Below are positions 63,309 to 64,000 of a stretch of DNA of 64,000 nucleotides, one piece after another. Positions within the stretch are counted from its first letter, which is position 1, and each line of letters begins with the position of its first letter. Source of the DNA: Pseudomonadota bacterium (GTDB lineage Bacteria > Pseudomonadota > Gammaproteobacteria > UBA12402); NCBI GenBank assembly GCA_039190005.1, contig JBCCYM010000003.1, positions 7,715 to 71,714 on the forward strand, read 5' to 3'. The notes under the pieces were generated by a model, which was not told where the DNA came from, did no database searches, and saw only the letters and a program-made list of their open reading frames with translations. Position numbers and translations under genes: made by a program.

Positions 63309-64000
63309 GTGTTGAAAAAAAGTGCAGCTTATTTAGCTTCAATATTCATAACAATATACCTAATTCTAGGATTAACAGCCTGTTCAGGAAATAGTAGTGA
63401 TACAAATACAATTAGCAATCAAGTCACTGGTTTTAGTTTAGATACAAATGATACCAGTTGGTTAAGTAATAATATCTATGCCCAAACCTCCAGTGGCACA
63501 ACAACTGTAACAGTTGATTTTACCAAAACTAACAACAGCACACAATTAGGTGCAAGTGCCATAGATGGTGGAAATATCACTGTTTCAATTACCGGTGTCA
63601 ATACCTGTTTAAATGATCCAAATACAACCCCATCAACAACAGTGAGTTCTTCAGCAAACAGTGCCACCGTCAATTTGAACTGGGCTGATCCTATTCCTGA
63701 AAACTGTAGTAGCGCAACCATCAATGTGTCTCAGCATGGCGTTGCGATTGGCAGTCGACTCATTCGTTTTTCCCGTACTGATTATACCGCTGAATTACTG
63801 AATACCCAACCTTATCCCGATGCTTCTGGCATTAAGTTAACCAATGGCTCTGGTGTTATTGTTGATAACCCCATCACAGTAACATTACCAGCTTATTTAA
63901 CTGTCGTTTCAAATGCCTCAACCCAACCCGATTACATTCAGAATTTATATCATTACATTCATAACAATGATACGAATGGGACAATATGCGCGGTCACCAC
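63309..64000 (+). CDS. Ser/Thr-rich lipoprotein, partial (runs off the window end)
   Basis: GTG start after AAGGGGA RBS; lipobox LTACSG; composition resembles the 1180-aa lipoprotein; absent from the ORF track because no stop occurs in the window. Confidence 0.5.
   Translation, partial: MLKKSAAYLASIFITIYLILGLTACSGNSSDTNTISNQVTGFSLDTNDTSWLSNNIYAQTSSGTTTVTVDFTKTNNSTQLGASAIDGGNITVSITGVNTCLNDPNTTPSTTVSSSANSATVNLNWADPIPENCSSATINVSQHGVAIGSRLIRFSRTDYTAELLNTQPYPDASGIKLTNGSGVIVDNPITVTLPAYLTVVSNASTQPDYIQNLYHYIHNNDTNGTICAVT

Overview
The window is a 64-kb chromosomal segment from a low-GC (about 40% by eye) Gram-negative proteobacterium. Gamma-type synteny is visible: metY-rimP-nusA-infB-rbfA-truB, cmk-rpsA, lapA-lapB, and ndk-rlmN-hisS-yfgM-bamB-der. 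A secreted RCC1-repeat protein and many transporters suggest a host-associated lifestyle, possibly Legionellales-like, but I cannot verify taxonomy without a search.

Most of the window is housekeeping:
- transport: HlyD/ABC/ABC-2 efflux, YddA-type ABC, ugpBAEC, TyrP-like permease, sugar porter and MFS transporters
- metabolism: malic enzyme, enolase, a polyol-dehydrogenase pair
- information processing: the NusA/IF2 operon, S1, GyrA, UvrB, HisS, Der
- envelope: BamB, LapAB, L,D-transpeptidase

The accessory content is more interesting:
1. Two adjacent tRNA-associated insertions sit between a low-molecular-weight tyrosine phosphatase gene and uvrB. A 4.3-kb integrase-less islet is bounded by a 56-bp duplication of the tRNA-Leu(CAA) 3' end; its cargo is two small ORFs, a secreted Cys-containing protein, an MHS transporter and a LuxR-type regulator. 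A hicAB toxin-antitoxin cassette is bracketed by 97-bp direct repeats containing the 3' 60 nt of tRNA-Val(GAC).
2. Two abundant short interspersed repeat families occur at at least 12 loci in this 64-kb window:
   - Family A is a palindromic ATTCCC-N8-GGGAAT unit that also forms 85-bp hairpin MITE-like elements.
   - Family B is a tandem 23-bp unit, CCCTTCGACAAGCTCAGGGACCG.
   - Family B is found inserted exactly in the spacer of family A palindromes at two loci, with a more degenerate third case, which suggests site-specific targeting.
3. A family of Ser/Thr-rich surface proteins shares repeated modules: a 1180-aa lipoprotein, the RCC1 protein and a partial lipoprotein at the window end.

I found no rRNA, no CRISPR array and no complete IS element or integrase.
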